A stretch of DNA of 64,000 nucleotides, taken from the NCBI RefSeq assembly GCF_964204645.1, contig NC_134028.1, forward strand, positions 8,990,001 to 9,054,000, read 5' to 3'. A program made the translations under genes and the position numbers. The stretch is from Tubulanus polymorphus (Eukaryota; Animalia; Nemertea). Positions 50,801 to 60,900 of this stretch are shown piece after piece. The notes under the pieces are model-generated. The model did not search any database. It saw nothing but the letters and a program-made list of their open reading frames with translations, and was not told the origin of the DNA. Every line of letters starts with the position of its first letter. The first letter of the stretch is position 1.

Positions 50801-53800
50801 ACGAGGAAAAATCTTGTGATCCAGAAGATCCTGGTCTATCCAGGGACGGAGACATGCACAGATCGTGCTCTCCGTCACCATCCACAATGGAAGAGACGGG
50901 AGACATTCCATTCAAGGACTTAGTAAAAGAAGTTTTCTCCCGATACGGAGGTACCAAGGCCAAACCTAAACCAACCCAGCCTAGAGGGTCGGCCGCCAAA
51001 ATCTTCAGTCCATCCGATGACACGGAAGAGTTAGTTTTAGCACCACATTCTGCATATAGAGAAGAATGGCGTGAGACTTTGGACACGACACTGTGGGGTG
51101 GTAAGCGTACAGACAATAATTGGTCTTATCCTCCATTAGAGGCAGGCATGAAGGATTCAAAATTTTTCTCTCCATTTTACCCGCCCATATCGGGGTACAA
51201 GACTTATTATTACGCCACACCAGGTGCTGATGATCCCGGATTCAAACCACACTTTGAGTTAGACTCCGATGGGTCAACCACGATAGGACTACCCAAAAAA
51301 CCACCGCCCACCTACACTTTACCAAAACAAGCAATGGGAGAGTTGAACCAATTAGCTCGAAGCATTTGTCAAATCGCGTCTTTCCAAGACATTTCACTGG
51401 TTGCCATGCACGGCGAGTTAGAAAAGGTTAAGTCTCAACTGGTCCAGGATAATCCGGATCCAGAGACAATGTCCGAACACGTGGCGACCATAGAGAGAAT
51501 TCTTCAGTCTATGGCCAAGGCGTTGTGTCACCAAGTACCTTTGGGTATAAGGATCGAGGCTAACCTAGCCTTGATCAATAGATATAGCTTGTTGGCCGAC
51601 TCCAAACTTCCAGAAGCGGTGAAAGTAGCTCTATACAGCGCACCGCTGGGCAATTCCTCACGGGTTTTCTATGGATGCTGTGCATCCGCCGATGCGGAGG
51701 CCACCAAGATCAGAGAATCTCAGGCTAAGGCCGGTAGGCAGTCATGGAAGACACCAAAAAAGCCTAGTTATTACGCCGGCAACTCTACTTACAGAAACTC
51801 ACCGGCAAATCAGCCCGCATACAATCAATCTCAAGTCAACAGCAAATTAAGCTACAAAAAAGCGGGTTGGACAAACTCCAAGGGAGCTCAAAGCGACAAC
51901 AATAACAATTTTAACTATAACAGTTATTCTCAAAGTTCTTACAGTGACAATCCCCAAAGGGGTAGGGCTAGATTACGTAGGGGCTTCAATCGACCCTTTC
52001 GTGGCCGCGCCAACACAGGTACCCGTTGAAGATGTCAGGCCAGTGGGCTCTTGCCTTCAAGACGCCTCTTCCCACTGGCTAGAAAAATTTGGCGACACTT
52101 GGGCTACAAAGATCGTTTCCAAAGGATACCGACTGAAATTCGTTCACAAACCGCATCTATCTCATCAGCCGGTGGAAATGAGGCCAAAGTGGGGGCAGGA
52201 GTCCCACGTTATGCCAGCGATCAACGAGATGATTTTAAAAAGATCGCTGGAAGAAATCCCTCTAGGATCCCCGGGATGGTATTCAAGAATTTTCACCGTC
52301 CCAAAGTCATCTGGGGGCTTAAGGATGGTAATAGATCTGTCAGCTCTAAATCGTTATATCATAGCCCCAAAATTCAAGCTAACAACACCCAAGGAGGTGA
52401 TTCAGGGGCTGGAGCCAGGCCAATGGGCAGCATCCATAGATCTGAAGGATGCATACCTACAAGTACCAATACACAAGAACTCAAGAAAGTATTTAAGAGT
52501 TCATTGGAGGGGAAGAACATACCAATTTCGGTCTCTGCCCTTCGGCCTGAGTCCAGCCCCTTGGGTCTACACCAAACTTGTCAAAAGGGTTCAGAAACAC
52601 CTTCAGTCGAAGGGAGTTCGCATTTTCTGTTACCTGGACGATTGGCTGGTTGTGGCAAATTCGAAAGCAGAGTGCAAGGAAGCCTTAGACAAGACACTGG
52701 CCTTAATCTGTCAATTAGGTTTCATAGTGAATTTAGAGAAGTCCCAGTTGACCCCCTCTCAAAGGTTCACGTACCTAGGTATGCACTTCAACCTGACGCA
52801 GGGCTTAGTCAGACCAGCACAGGCCAGAGTTCAGAAGCTGAGGTTCTCGGTCTCCTAACGGGGGCGCCCAGATCGGCTCGGTCCTGGTCCCAGGTTTTGG
52901 GCCAGATGAGTTCCGTTGCACTCATAGTTCCGCTCGGACATTTACACAGCCGTTCTCTTCAAAGATTCTGGAAGCAAGCTTGGAGATTGGCAGGGGAAGT
53001 GTGGGATGCCTTATTGCCGGTACCACCGGTGAACCTAATCCCCGACCTCGAGTGGTGGACTCTCGCGCAGAACTTGACAAGAGGCACCTCCCTAGCACCA
53101 TTGAAGGCCCCGATTCATCTATTCACGGATGCCAGCCATCAGGGCTGGGGAGCACATGTAGAAGGTTTTCAGAAAGCCGGGAACTGGTCTCGAGCAGAAG
53201 CTCATCTCCACATAAATCACCTGGAACTGTTAGCGGTTCAAAAGGCCTTCAAACACTTCAAAAGGAGGGTAGGGGGTCATCATGTGTGGCTGTTAACGGA
53301 CAACTCCACAGTAAAGGCTTATTTGCTCAACCAGGGGGGGACCAGGTCCCCAACATTATCCAACTTAGCAGCTCAGATTCTGACCTGGGTCCAGGCTCAA
53401 GGGATGATTCTTTCGGTATCCCCCCTGGCCGGCAGCCTGAATGTGGTGGCCGACGCTCTGTCTCGCCAAGACAAGCCAGTAGCCACCGAGTGGACATTGG
53501 CAGTCAGGGTAGCCAATCAAGTCCGGGCCCTGATGGGAAGTCCGAACGTGGACCTGTTTGCCACTCGCTTCAACACGAGGTGTCCGGTGTTTGTGTCCCC
53601 ATTTCAAGACGACTTGGCGTGGGGGTGGACGCTCTATCTCTGAGTTGGGACAACCTGATAGCTTATGCCTTTCCCCCCACTCCCCTACTCAATCGAGTGT
53701 TGGAGAAGATAGAGGGGGCAGTCGACTGTCAAGTGGTCTGAGTGGCTCCCTGTTGGCCGACTCAGACATGGTTCGTCAGACTCCTTCATCTACTGGTGGA

Positions 53801-55985
53801 CTTCCCTCGCACTCTGCCCAATTACCCGGGTTACTGTCCCAGGGACGATTCAAGTTACACCCAAATCAATTCCAATTGAATCTACACGCCTGGCCATTGT
53901 CAAGCGACAGCTTTCAAACCAAGGAATTTCTTCGGGGGCAGCCAGATTTATTGTGGAATCCAAACGTCCCTCTACTGGAGCATTGTACGATTCCAAATGG
54001 GAATGTTACTCCGATTGGTGTAATAGGAGAGCGGTGGATTCTCTCCACCCCTCTGTGTCAGAGTTAATAGATTTTTTCTATTTCCTGTTCGAAGAGAAGA
54101 ATAGACAGGTTATAACCATTAAAGGCTACAGATCAGCAATAGGGCATACTTTTCGTTCAGCGGGCGTCCCTGTAGTGACGGAGGATGTGAAAATAGCTCA
54201 ATTGATATCAGGTTTTGGGGTTAAGAGACCCAAACAGGTTTCAGATACCCCGCCATGGGACTTAACAGTGGTTCTTAGAGCACTTATGATCACTCCCTTC
54301 GAGCCTATCCGCAATACTACCCTGTCAGACTTATCTAAGAAAACGGTGTTCTTACTGTTCTTAGTGATGGCCGCGAGGCGTTCAGAGGTTCATGCTTTAT
54401 CGATGCGTCCGGGTCATATTTCCTTTGGTCCACAAAATAGGTTTGTCATTTTAAGGCCTGGTCTTAGTTTCATTGCCAAGAATCAAAAGGCTTCCGTAGC
54501 AGCCAGATCTTGGAAGATCGAGGCTTTGACGCATAGGGTATCTCACGATCTTCCTGATACGTCGCTCTGTCCAGTAAGAGCTTTAAAGGAGTACCTAGAG
54601 AGGACACTTCCCCACAGACAAGATAGGGAGAGGCTCTTTATTCCTCTCCGACAAGGGGATAAGAGAGATATCTCAAGGGACACAATCGCTAGATGGATTG
54701 TATCTTTAATGAAAGAAACTCTGCATTCTCAGGGGGCCCAGGCTCCGCTCGGGATACATTCTCATCAGGTGAGGGCATTAGCCACATCCTGGTCATTATT
54801 CACGGGGGCTTCCTTGGAACAGGTTTGTCATTCAGCCTTTTGGACGTCTCCATCTACCTTCTCGTCATTTTATTTGAAGGACGTTTCTGGACAGTTAGGC
54901 TCACTGTCCACGTTGGGTCCAATTGTTACTGCACAACGAATAAGCGTACAAAAAACATCGGGCCCAGTTAGACCTTTTTAAGCCAGGTCCTGGGGATTAA
55001 AGGGTTTCTTCTGTATTCAGCTATAAGAAAGTTGATGTATATAAGTTGTGGGCATCTTTTACAGGGCCTAGGTTACCTTAAGACAGTTAGTGGTAAGGGT
55101 TCCTTTCGATATAGGTATTAAGTTTAGACATGAATCATGATTTCATTTATATAGCCTGGGCAAGGCTGCGTCTAGAGTTTAAGTTTTTTACCTACTGGTT
55201 TAGGTTAATATCGAGGTAATGGCAGTCAGTGCCTTACTAAGGTATCCAGGAGTCAGTTGACACCGGGTTGTTTGATTTCCTTTTTTCGACTCAAACGTAA
55301 CGGGGTCATAATAGGCATGTTATATCTACCAGTACAGTTAGGAACTGAAAAGGAAGCAGCACGGTAGCTCCCCGATTTTTGGTTTTCCACTGGCTCACCT
55401 GGGGTTTGTTGCGGTTTTCTGCAGAGAGTTTTAGGGTGAGTGTAAGTGTAGAGAATTTAAATCGACTTTTGGTCGCCTCCCTCCTCCATTCTTTGGGATT
55501 CTGGCTACAGTGTATTTTCCCAGGGAATGTATTCGAAGTAAATATTACAATTTTGTTCAAAAATTGGTATTTACGAGGAATACTTACCTGGGAAAATACA
55601 CGGGTATTCCCACCCAGCCGTCCCCCAGGCGATTGAGGGATTATTGGCGCAAAAAGATGATGGCGTCTCGCCAGATGGCGCTATGTTACGGCGCCCCTAC
55701 CAAAAGTCGATTCGGGCGTTATCTGCCTAGCCAAAAGCAATATGGCTATAGTGTATTTTCCCAGGTAAGTATTCCTCGTAAATACCAATTTTTGAACAAA
55801 ATTGTAATTTTTGCTGTTGTGCCTACCGGTACCTAATAAATCGGTGATCTAGCCGCAGATATTGATTCGAGAAAAAATGTTTTTCATCGTAATGTTTATT
55901 CTATTTATCGACAGGTCTGATCCTGGCTTTAGAAGAAGAACTGGCCGAACCGATACAGGAACTTAAAGCCGCTGTAATGGCATGA
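41843..55985 (+). CDS. LAMTOR3: Ragulator complex protein LAMTOR3 (MP1)
   Basis: Exons 41843-41851, 46163-46197, 47456-47514, 48358-48491, 49275-49338 and 55915-55985 give MAEEMKKLFHKHRKSVDGLHAIIVTDRDGVPILKVCDEAVPELSTRPNFLSTFGIATEQASKLGLQKNKSMVCIYSNYQVIHLNKLPLIVTLIANSEANTGLILALEEELAEPIQELKAAVMA*. AATAAA near 56142. Confidence 0.95.
42224..44585. mobile_element. Non-autonomous DNA transposon with (C)CCACTATCAG TIRs and subterminal (GA)GCGGAA/AGCTGAA repeats (EnSpm/CACTA-like); contains nested MITEs and a coding remnant
   Basis: gccactatcagtcctttg versus caatgggctgatagtggg, with CG on both flanks (2-bp TSD). Dense subterminal repeats in both orientations. Minus-strand remnant ADQAEEKRALSLLTQSNRL*RRAKDK at ~43330-43420. 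Confidence 0.65.
42525..42681. mobile_element. MITE with GGCTTATG TIRs nested in the CACTA-like element
   Basis: ggcttatgtcgacaagcaacgacgcctaccga ... tcggtaggcgtcgtgttgcttgtcatcataagcc. Confidence 0.65.
44777..44935. mobile_element. MITE with ~36-bp TIRs
   Basis: aactttacaggcgttgagacggcaacactaggtcac ... gtgacctagtgttgccgtctcaacgcatgtaaagtt. Confidence 0.7.
50215..52029 (+). CDS. DIRS gag-like ORF1 (604 aa)
   Basis: Long intact ORF upstream of and overlapping pol. RS-rich N-terminus and N/Q/S/Y-rich, RG-rich C-terminus. Confidence 0.8.
   Translation: MSDHDVSSSPRGSRFKRRGKVDTPTKTPASSSGKVDTPECPDTRKQGNDPGRSVSRSRSRSRCSRSNSSSPTRRRHQRSNKKRRRSPSDPSSGSRSRSRSRSRVSRTYSLSPTRRRRKRAHKQQRRRSRSRSPADKPSDSSDIKNMLAIFSQEIASLKEQLKGKEPPGPKSPSVPTGPSCNPTDGLVLDDVNDFSDEEKSCDPEDPGLSRDGDMHRSCSPSPSTMEETGDIPFKDLVKEVFSRYGGTKAKPKPTQPRGSAAKIFSPSDDTEELVLAPHSAYREEWRETLDTTLWGGKRTDNNWSYPPLEAGMKDSKFFSPFYPPISGYKTYYYATPGADDPGFKPHFELDSDGSTTIGLPKKPPPTYTLPKQAMGELNQLARSICQIASFQDISLVAMHGELEKVKSQLVQDNPDPETMSEHVATIERILQSMAKALCHQVPLGIRIEANLALINRYSLLADSKLPEAVKVALYSAPLGNSSRVFYGCCASADAEATKIRESQAKAGRQSWKTPKKPSYYAGNSTYRNSPANQPAYNQSQVNSKLSYKKAGWTNSKGAQSDNNNNFNYNSYSQSSYSDNPQRGRARLRRGFNRPFRGRANTGTR
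51944..53920 (+). pseudogene. DIRS pol: reverse transcriptase + RNase H + adenine-methyltransferase-like domain, frameshifted
   Basis: YSRIFTVPKSSGGLRMVIDL, SIDLKDAYLQVP, LPFGLSPAP, YLDDWL (RT); LFTDASHQGWGA, HINHLELLAV, TDNSTV, NVVADALSR (RNase H); DLFATRFN...DALSLSW..IAYAFPP (MT-like). Frameshifts at ~52850, ~53625 and ~53820, and a stop at 53739-53741. Confidence 0.88.
53953..54981 (+). CDS. DIRS tyrosine recombinase
   Basis: TIKGYRSAI, PPWDL, AARRSEVHAL, LCPVRAL, HQVRALATSW and WTSPSTFSSFYLKDV give the R-HxxR-Y catalytic set. Confidence 0.9.
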   Translation: MESKRPSTGALYDSKWECYSDWCNRRAVDSLHPSVSELIDFFYFLFEEKNRQVITIKGYRSAIGHTFRSAGVPVVTEDVKIAQLISGFGVKRPKQVSDTPPWDLTVVLRALMITPFEPIRNTTLSDLSKKTVFLLFLVMAARRSEVHALSMRPGHISFGPQNRFVILRPGLSFIAKNQKASVAARSWKIEALTHRVSHDLPDTSLCPVRALKEYLERTLPHRQDRERLFIPLRQGDKRDISRDTIARWIVSLMKETLHSQGAQAPLGIHSHQVRALATSWSLFTGASLEQVCHSAFWTSPSTFSSFYLKDVSGQLGSLSTLGPIVTAQRISVQKTSGPVRPF

Positions 55986-57113
55986 TCTAGTCAAATATGT
56001 TTCATCGGGACTTGTATCAAATATTTAGAAATTTATATCGCGATAAATACTACATAAACTGTGAATAATAAAACTATAATCTTACATGTGCCTACCGTAC
56101 GTATTAAAAATTTTGTTGCAATGAGAATTTGATTTGTATAAAATAAAACTGTATATCTATTTTTAAGAAATGTGTTTTTTGGTCATTATTTGGTCTTGCA
56201 ACAAATTATGCGCAAATGTCTTGATCCATTTTGAATTAAAACTGGATCCTCAGCATTTAGTAAAATGTTTTAGTTAAATGGTCGGCCTACAGCCTAGCTA
56301 CAGAGGAGGATCTAGGAACTTTGGTAGGCTGGGGTCCATAAGAAAGGAAAAAGCATTTTTTTCAGATTAAGCAGGCCGTCCCTTGATGTTAGATATTTTC
56401 AAAGAAATACATCTGAAATATGCTACATGTACTTCAGGAAGGATGACTGTTAAATTTGTCCTCAATGGGACGGCCTGAGACCACCCTTAATATGTCCCCC
56501 GAGATATTAGGAGCTATCAGGGCGCGAGTTCTAGTTCCCTGTGAGGCAGCATTATAATATTGAAAAAACCGGCTTAATTTGGTGCCAATGAAATTACTCC
56601 TGTTAAGTAAGGTGTTGACAACTGCTTTTCCATTTATGAAAATATAATTCTAGCCCAAAAGTTAACTCGATTACAATGTATTATTATGACAACTTATTGG
56701 ATGAATTGAGCGAGTCTGACTGTATCTACAAGTGGACAGAAACTGTCACGAATTTGGATCAAAAGCTACTAAAGCCACTTTTTCCGAACAACATTCTTAT
56801 TTTCCGGATCCACAAATCTAACATCAATTCTTTGAAATTGTGATCCCTATTTCAACATCGCATTGAAACCCAGTTCCAGCGAACTTCAAAGGACCAGAAA
56901 ATCTGTTGTTGAAAAAGTTGGTTATTTCCAGTATAGAACTTGGAACAAGTTTATGTTCGTTATATCTGATGAATTGCTTATCCGAGTTCATTAACATGAT
57001 CAGGTTCCGCTATCTACAGATAAGTATGATGAGATTAAGAAACGTTCATGTTTTTTTAATTACAATTGTCATCCCTGGTATACTGCCCAGTTTACTGATG
57101 TTCTGCTCTCAGA

Positions 57114-57546
57114 AACTAGGGGTCCAGGGACACCATGCCCACTTGGGAAGTGGTTTCAAATGCTCAACAATCTAACAATTTCAATATTCAACGTTTAGGA
57201 CGGCCATCTTGGGCCCTGGGGGGATTCACATATATCCGAAAGATCAAGGTAATTGATCAAAGCGTCTTCAAAATTTCCCTCAAAAAGTTCAAAAATGTGT
57301 AAAAAGTGCTGATTTTGGCGAACAACAATGGCTGCCAGTCGGCCATCTTGATTCTGACAGGGCCAGTTTTTGGGCTGAAGATGTGTCTAGGGTAGATACA
57401 TGTGTAACCCAAATATCAAGACGTTACCTTGAAGCGTCTTCAAAACTTCCTAAAATAACTGGATTCCGTCTACGGACGGAAACGAACGGACGGACGAAAA
57501 GTGAACGCAATAGCCCGCTGGGACTAAAGTCCCAAGTGGGCTAAAA
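57114..57546 (-). mobile_element. Non-autonomous Helentron-like repeat (same family as 13911-14903)
   Basis: aactaggggtccagggac head, (GGAC)n microsatellite and caatagcccgctgggactaaagtcccaagtgggctaaaaa end. The end motif recurs at ~58692-58730, ~61212-61246 and, reversed, at ~17562-17592. Confidence 0.65.
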
Positions 57547-57974
57547 ACCTGGCGCGAGGTAGGGATGGTGGATTATTGGAAGCGTATCCAGGGAATGACG
57601 TCCTAGTTATAGTGCCTTTTTAATTTGGTTAAGTCGTCATAAATCGTAACATTGCTCAAGACATCATTATAGTCTCAATTGATATCTCGTCTCAATTGAT
57701 ATCTCCAGGCAATTCAATTTTACTAAATGAATGTCATTATTAGGATTAGTCGTTGCCACGATGTTCATTTGACTGTAATAAGGCTCTAAGGACAGCTTAA
57801 TCCAGAGATGTTTATTATCCAAACTCCCCCATATCCAGTAAGGTGTAAGAAAACTAAAATAAAATTATACATTTACAGTATTTCATACTTTATTTTCGAT
57901 ATACATGTACAAAAAAAATCATAACGATTTCAGTAAAATGCAGAAATTGGTTTGTAATGTGCAGTTTGTTTGAT

Positions 57975-60900
57975 TTATGAGATAGAACTGTTGAATTTAA
58001 CCGGACGAATTTCTAGATTACGAAGGTTTATCAATGCACAGGTTTGAGTGGAGCTGAATTTAGGCAAAGTGACCAGACAAACTTTTTGACCTTCACGACC
58101 TTAAAAAGAAATTGAAACAAACAATGATTAATCATAATACAGTTCGATCTTGTTGGAAGGACATTAAATCATTGTAAAACATGTACTATCCATTATTATT
58201 ACAATAAACACCTAACTATAATCAATCTGGGGTAATCTGCGGTCTTTGTTCAAGTTTCTTTAGTACCGGTTTTGGATGACAGATCCACTGATAGAAGTTG
58301 ATGAAACATCTCGCCGGATATGCTAGGGATCACGTTCTTAAGTATACCCATCATGAATTTCAAGGCGAGTTTCAAAAAGGCGAACCATTAGTAAGTTACG
58401 GGTCTCAGAATTCAGCCCAACAAATTACCTTTTTTTGGCTCAAAAAGGGAACCGAGAGGACAGCCATCTCGTATCAGATCCAATTTTTCTTGTGATGATA
58501 GGCCATAGGGGATACAAGTGCCAATTTTGGTGATCAAAATGGCTGCCAGTCAGCCATCTCGATTCAGATTAGGGCTAGTTTTTGGCCTGCAAATGTGTTT
58601 AGGGTAGATACATTTAAAAGCCAAATATCAAGACAATCCAAAGAATCCTACAGATGTACAGACGATAGGACAAACAGATGAGTTAACAACGCAATAGCCC
58701 GCTGGGGCTTAAGTCCCAAGTGGGCTAAAAAGGCAGAACAAAAATAGGCACAGTAAGGTACCTTCAAATGTCTTCGATCCGAATTCACTTTGATTTCCAA
58801 CTACATAAATGTGGGGACATTGACTAATTATGAATGGATCCTCGTCGTAGTAAGGATAACAGCCTACAATAAATCAAGAAAAATGATTAAAATATCACAA
58901 CTCTGAATATGAAAACACAAAACTAATGAATAGAATGCACAAGCAGACACGTATTTCGCCCAGACACAAAACAGTTATCATAGTGAAATACATTTGTTCA
59001 GGACCCAGTTCCATTATTGTTAATTCTTCTTGAGTCTTATAGTAACCAAGAAATGTAGAACTGGATGGGTCATGTGCCCTTGAAACTTTCAACCAAAGTG
59101 CCACTCGACTGAGGGTTACGGTTATGAATATGTCTTTCAACCCCATTTTAAAGCTAAATAAGCTACTAGTTTAGGGATATCATTCGAAAATGTAAAATTT
59201 CATGTATTTGTATAATTTCATGTATTCAGCTACTCGACTTTCTTAAATGTGTTTTGGTTTCCACATACAAATGACCGTCCATATTTGAATAGAAGAAAAA
59301 CCCAAAATTATGACGAAAAGCTCTGAGCCATTCTTGACATTTCAACTCAAATGCTATGAGCCATTTTCAAATCATAGTCCACAGCATTTGAGTCAAAACA
59401 TCATCAAACTAGTAAATTGTGAGTTTTATTACAATCCATTTTGTCCTTTGTTGCATTAAACTTGTCAGACTACGTCGGCTGCCATACTCTACCTAATGTA
59501 TCTGGAGCAGTAGGAGTCAGGTGACCCCATTTCAAACTTTGTTCCAATATTTCTAACCGGTCATCGAAACTCGTGTACTTGTAAATATCGGATAAACTCT
59601 CTCCGGATGAGAATAATATTCTGTTGAAAAAAAAACGAAACAAAATTAATCGTTCAATACATCATTCTAGTATCATCAGTATGATCCGCAGAGCCCAAAC
59701 TGCTTTTATCATTTCAACGAAATAAAGGGGTTTTATATTCAATGTAGGAATTCAGTCAAAAATTGCCTCTAAAATGGCCACCAGTCAGCGATTTCATTTG
59801 TCAGAATCACTGAATATCATCAATAAATTTTGGTTTTCACATTGAAAACGATATAAACTTACTGCACATTATCGATAGAACATTCGTATGGGTTGGTAAC
59901 GGTGTGTAGAGTAGGGTAACTCATAGCTTGAGGAAACATGCAACGATGCATAGGTTGTTGAGGTAATACATAATTCGCCGGGTCCTGATCACCCGCCATC
60001 AAATCCACATCTAACGAACCCTGCGAATAATAAAAACATCCAGAATGTAGCATATGAATGTGGCCGAGTGGTCAAACAAGTGCTACCATAATAGGTGTAG
60101 TTTTGGTGGCGACAGCTATGCCAGTTTGAGTTTGGTCATCGGTCAGGTAACAACTCCACATGCAAATTGATACGTTTTTAGAAATAGGCCTATATCAAAA
60201 GTTTCCATTTTTGCAGCAACGGTAGAACTCACTTAAATCACTGTGGACTTTTGCTATATATCAATAATTCGAATTTACCGGTAATAAATTCGAAGAAATC
60301 TGGGTAGTCCCTAGTAATCTGAATTAAGTGAGTTCTACTGTATCTCTGTGTCATGCCTATGCGGCCAAGCAACTATCTATTTCTCCAGAATGCAGCAAAA
60401 TATATTCATGTGAAAAGTGAGAAAAATCAACACACGGCGGGAGGATTTGAGCACAGTCACCTGAATACTGATAGCGGCCGTTCATATAGTTCAAAAGCTA
60501 CATTTTGCTGATTTTCAGCCCAACCCACATATACATGTTATTCCATCTAAAGCATTATGCATGTACGGAGAAGTGGGGTACTTGACGAAAGAAAAAACCC
60601 GATGAACATTGGTTTTAAAGTATTTTACATACCACGATTTGAGTAAGAATGTCATCTAAACTCTTAATAGCATCTACGCTACCAGCAGTGGTATGCTTGC
60701 TCAGATATTTAGCCTGAAAACAAATAAGAAAAGTTAAGATTCTTCCTGTTCTCTCTCTGTCGTTCCTCCCCTTGCTGCAAATCTCAAAACTGAATTTTTC
60801 ACCTGTTCAAATTGGCTTTTATTTTTCGTAGTTTTACTCATCGAGTTTCCGAGAATGACCAGACGAACGATTTTAGCCGATTCTCGCTGTTGCTGTTCTT

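Larger units (their letters stand above)
49696..55808 (+). mobile_element. DIRS1-type tyrosine-recombinase retrotransposon, full-length structure, in the last intron of LAMTOR3
   Basis: Left ITR ~49696-49830. Right ITR ~55649-55765 plus right extension to ~55808. The internal complementary region ~55502-55601 joins the complements of both outer ends. Gag-like, RT/RNase H/methyltransferase-like and YR ORFs follow in canonical order. Confidence 0.93.

Noticed and set aside
52051-52850. Long overlapping alternative frame over the DIRS RT as a novel gene
   Set aside because: Extended overlapping frames are common in DIRS elements, and the 530-aa ORF is long because a frameshift joins this frame to the RNase H region.
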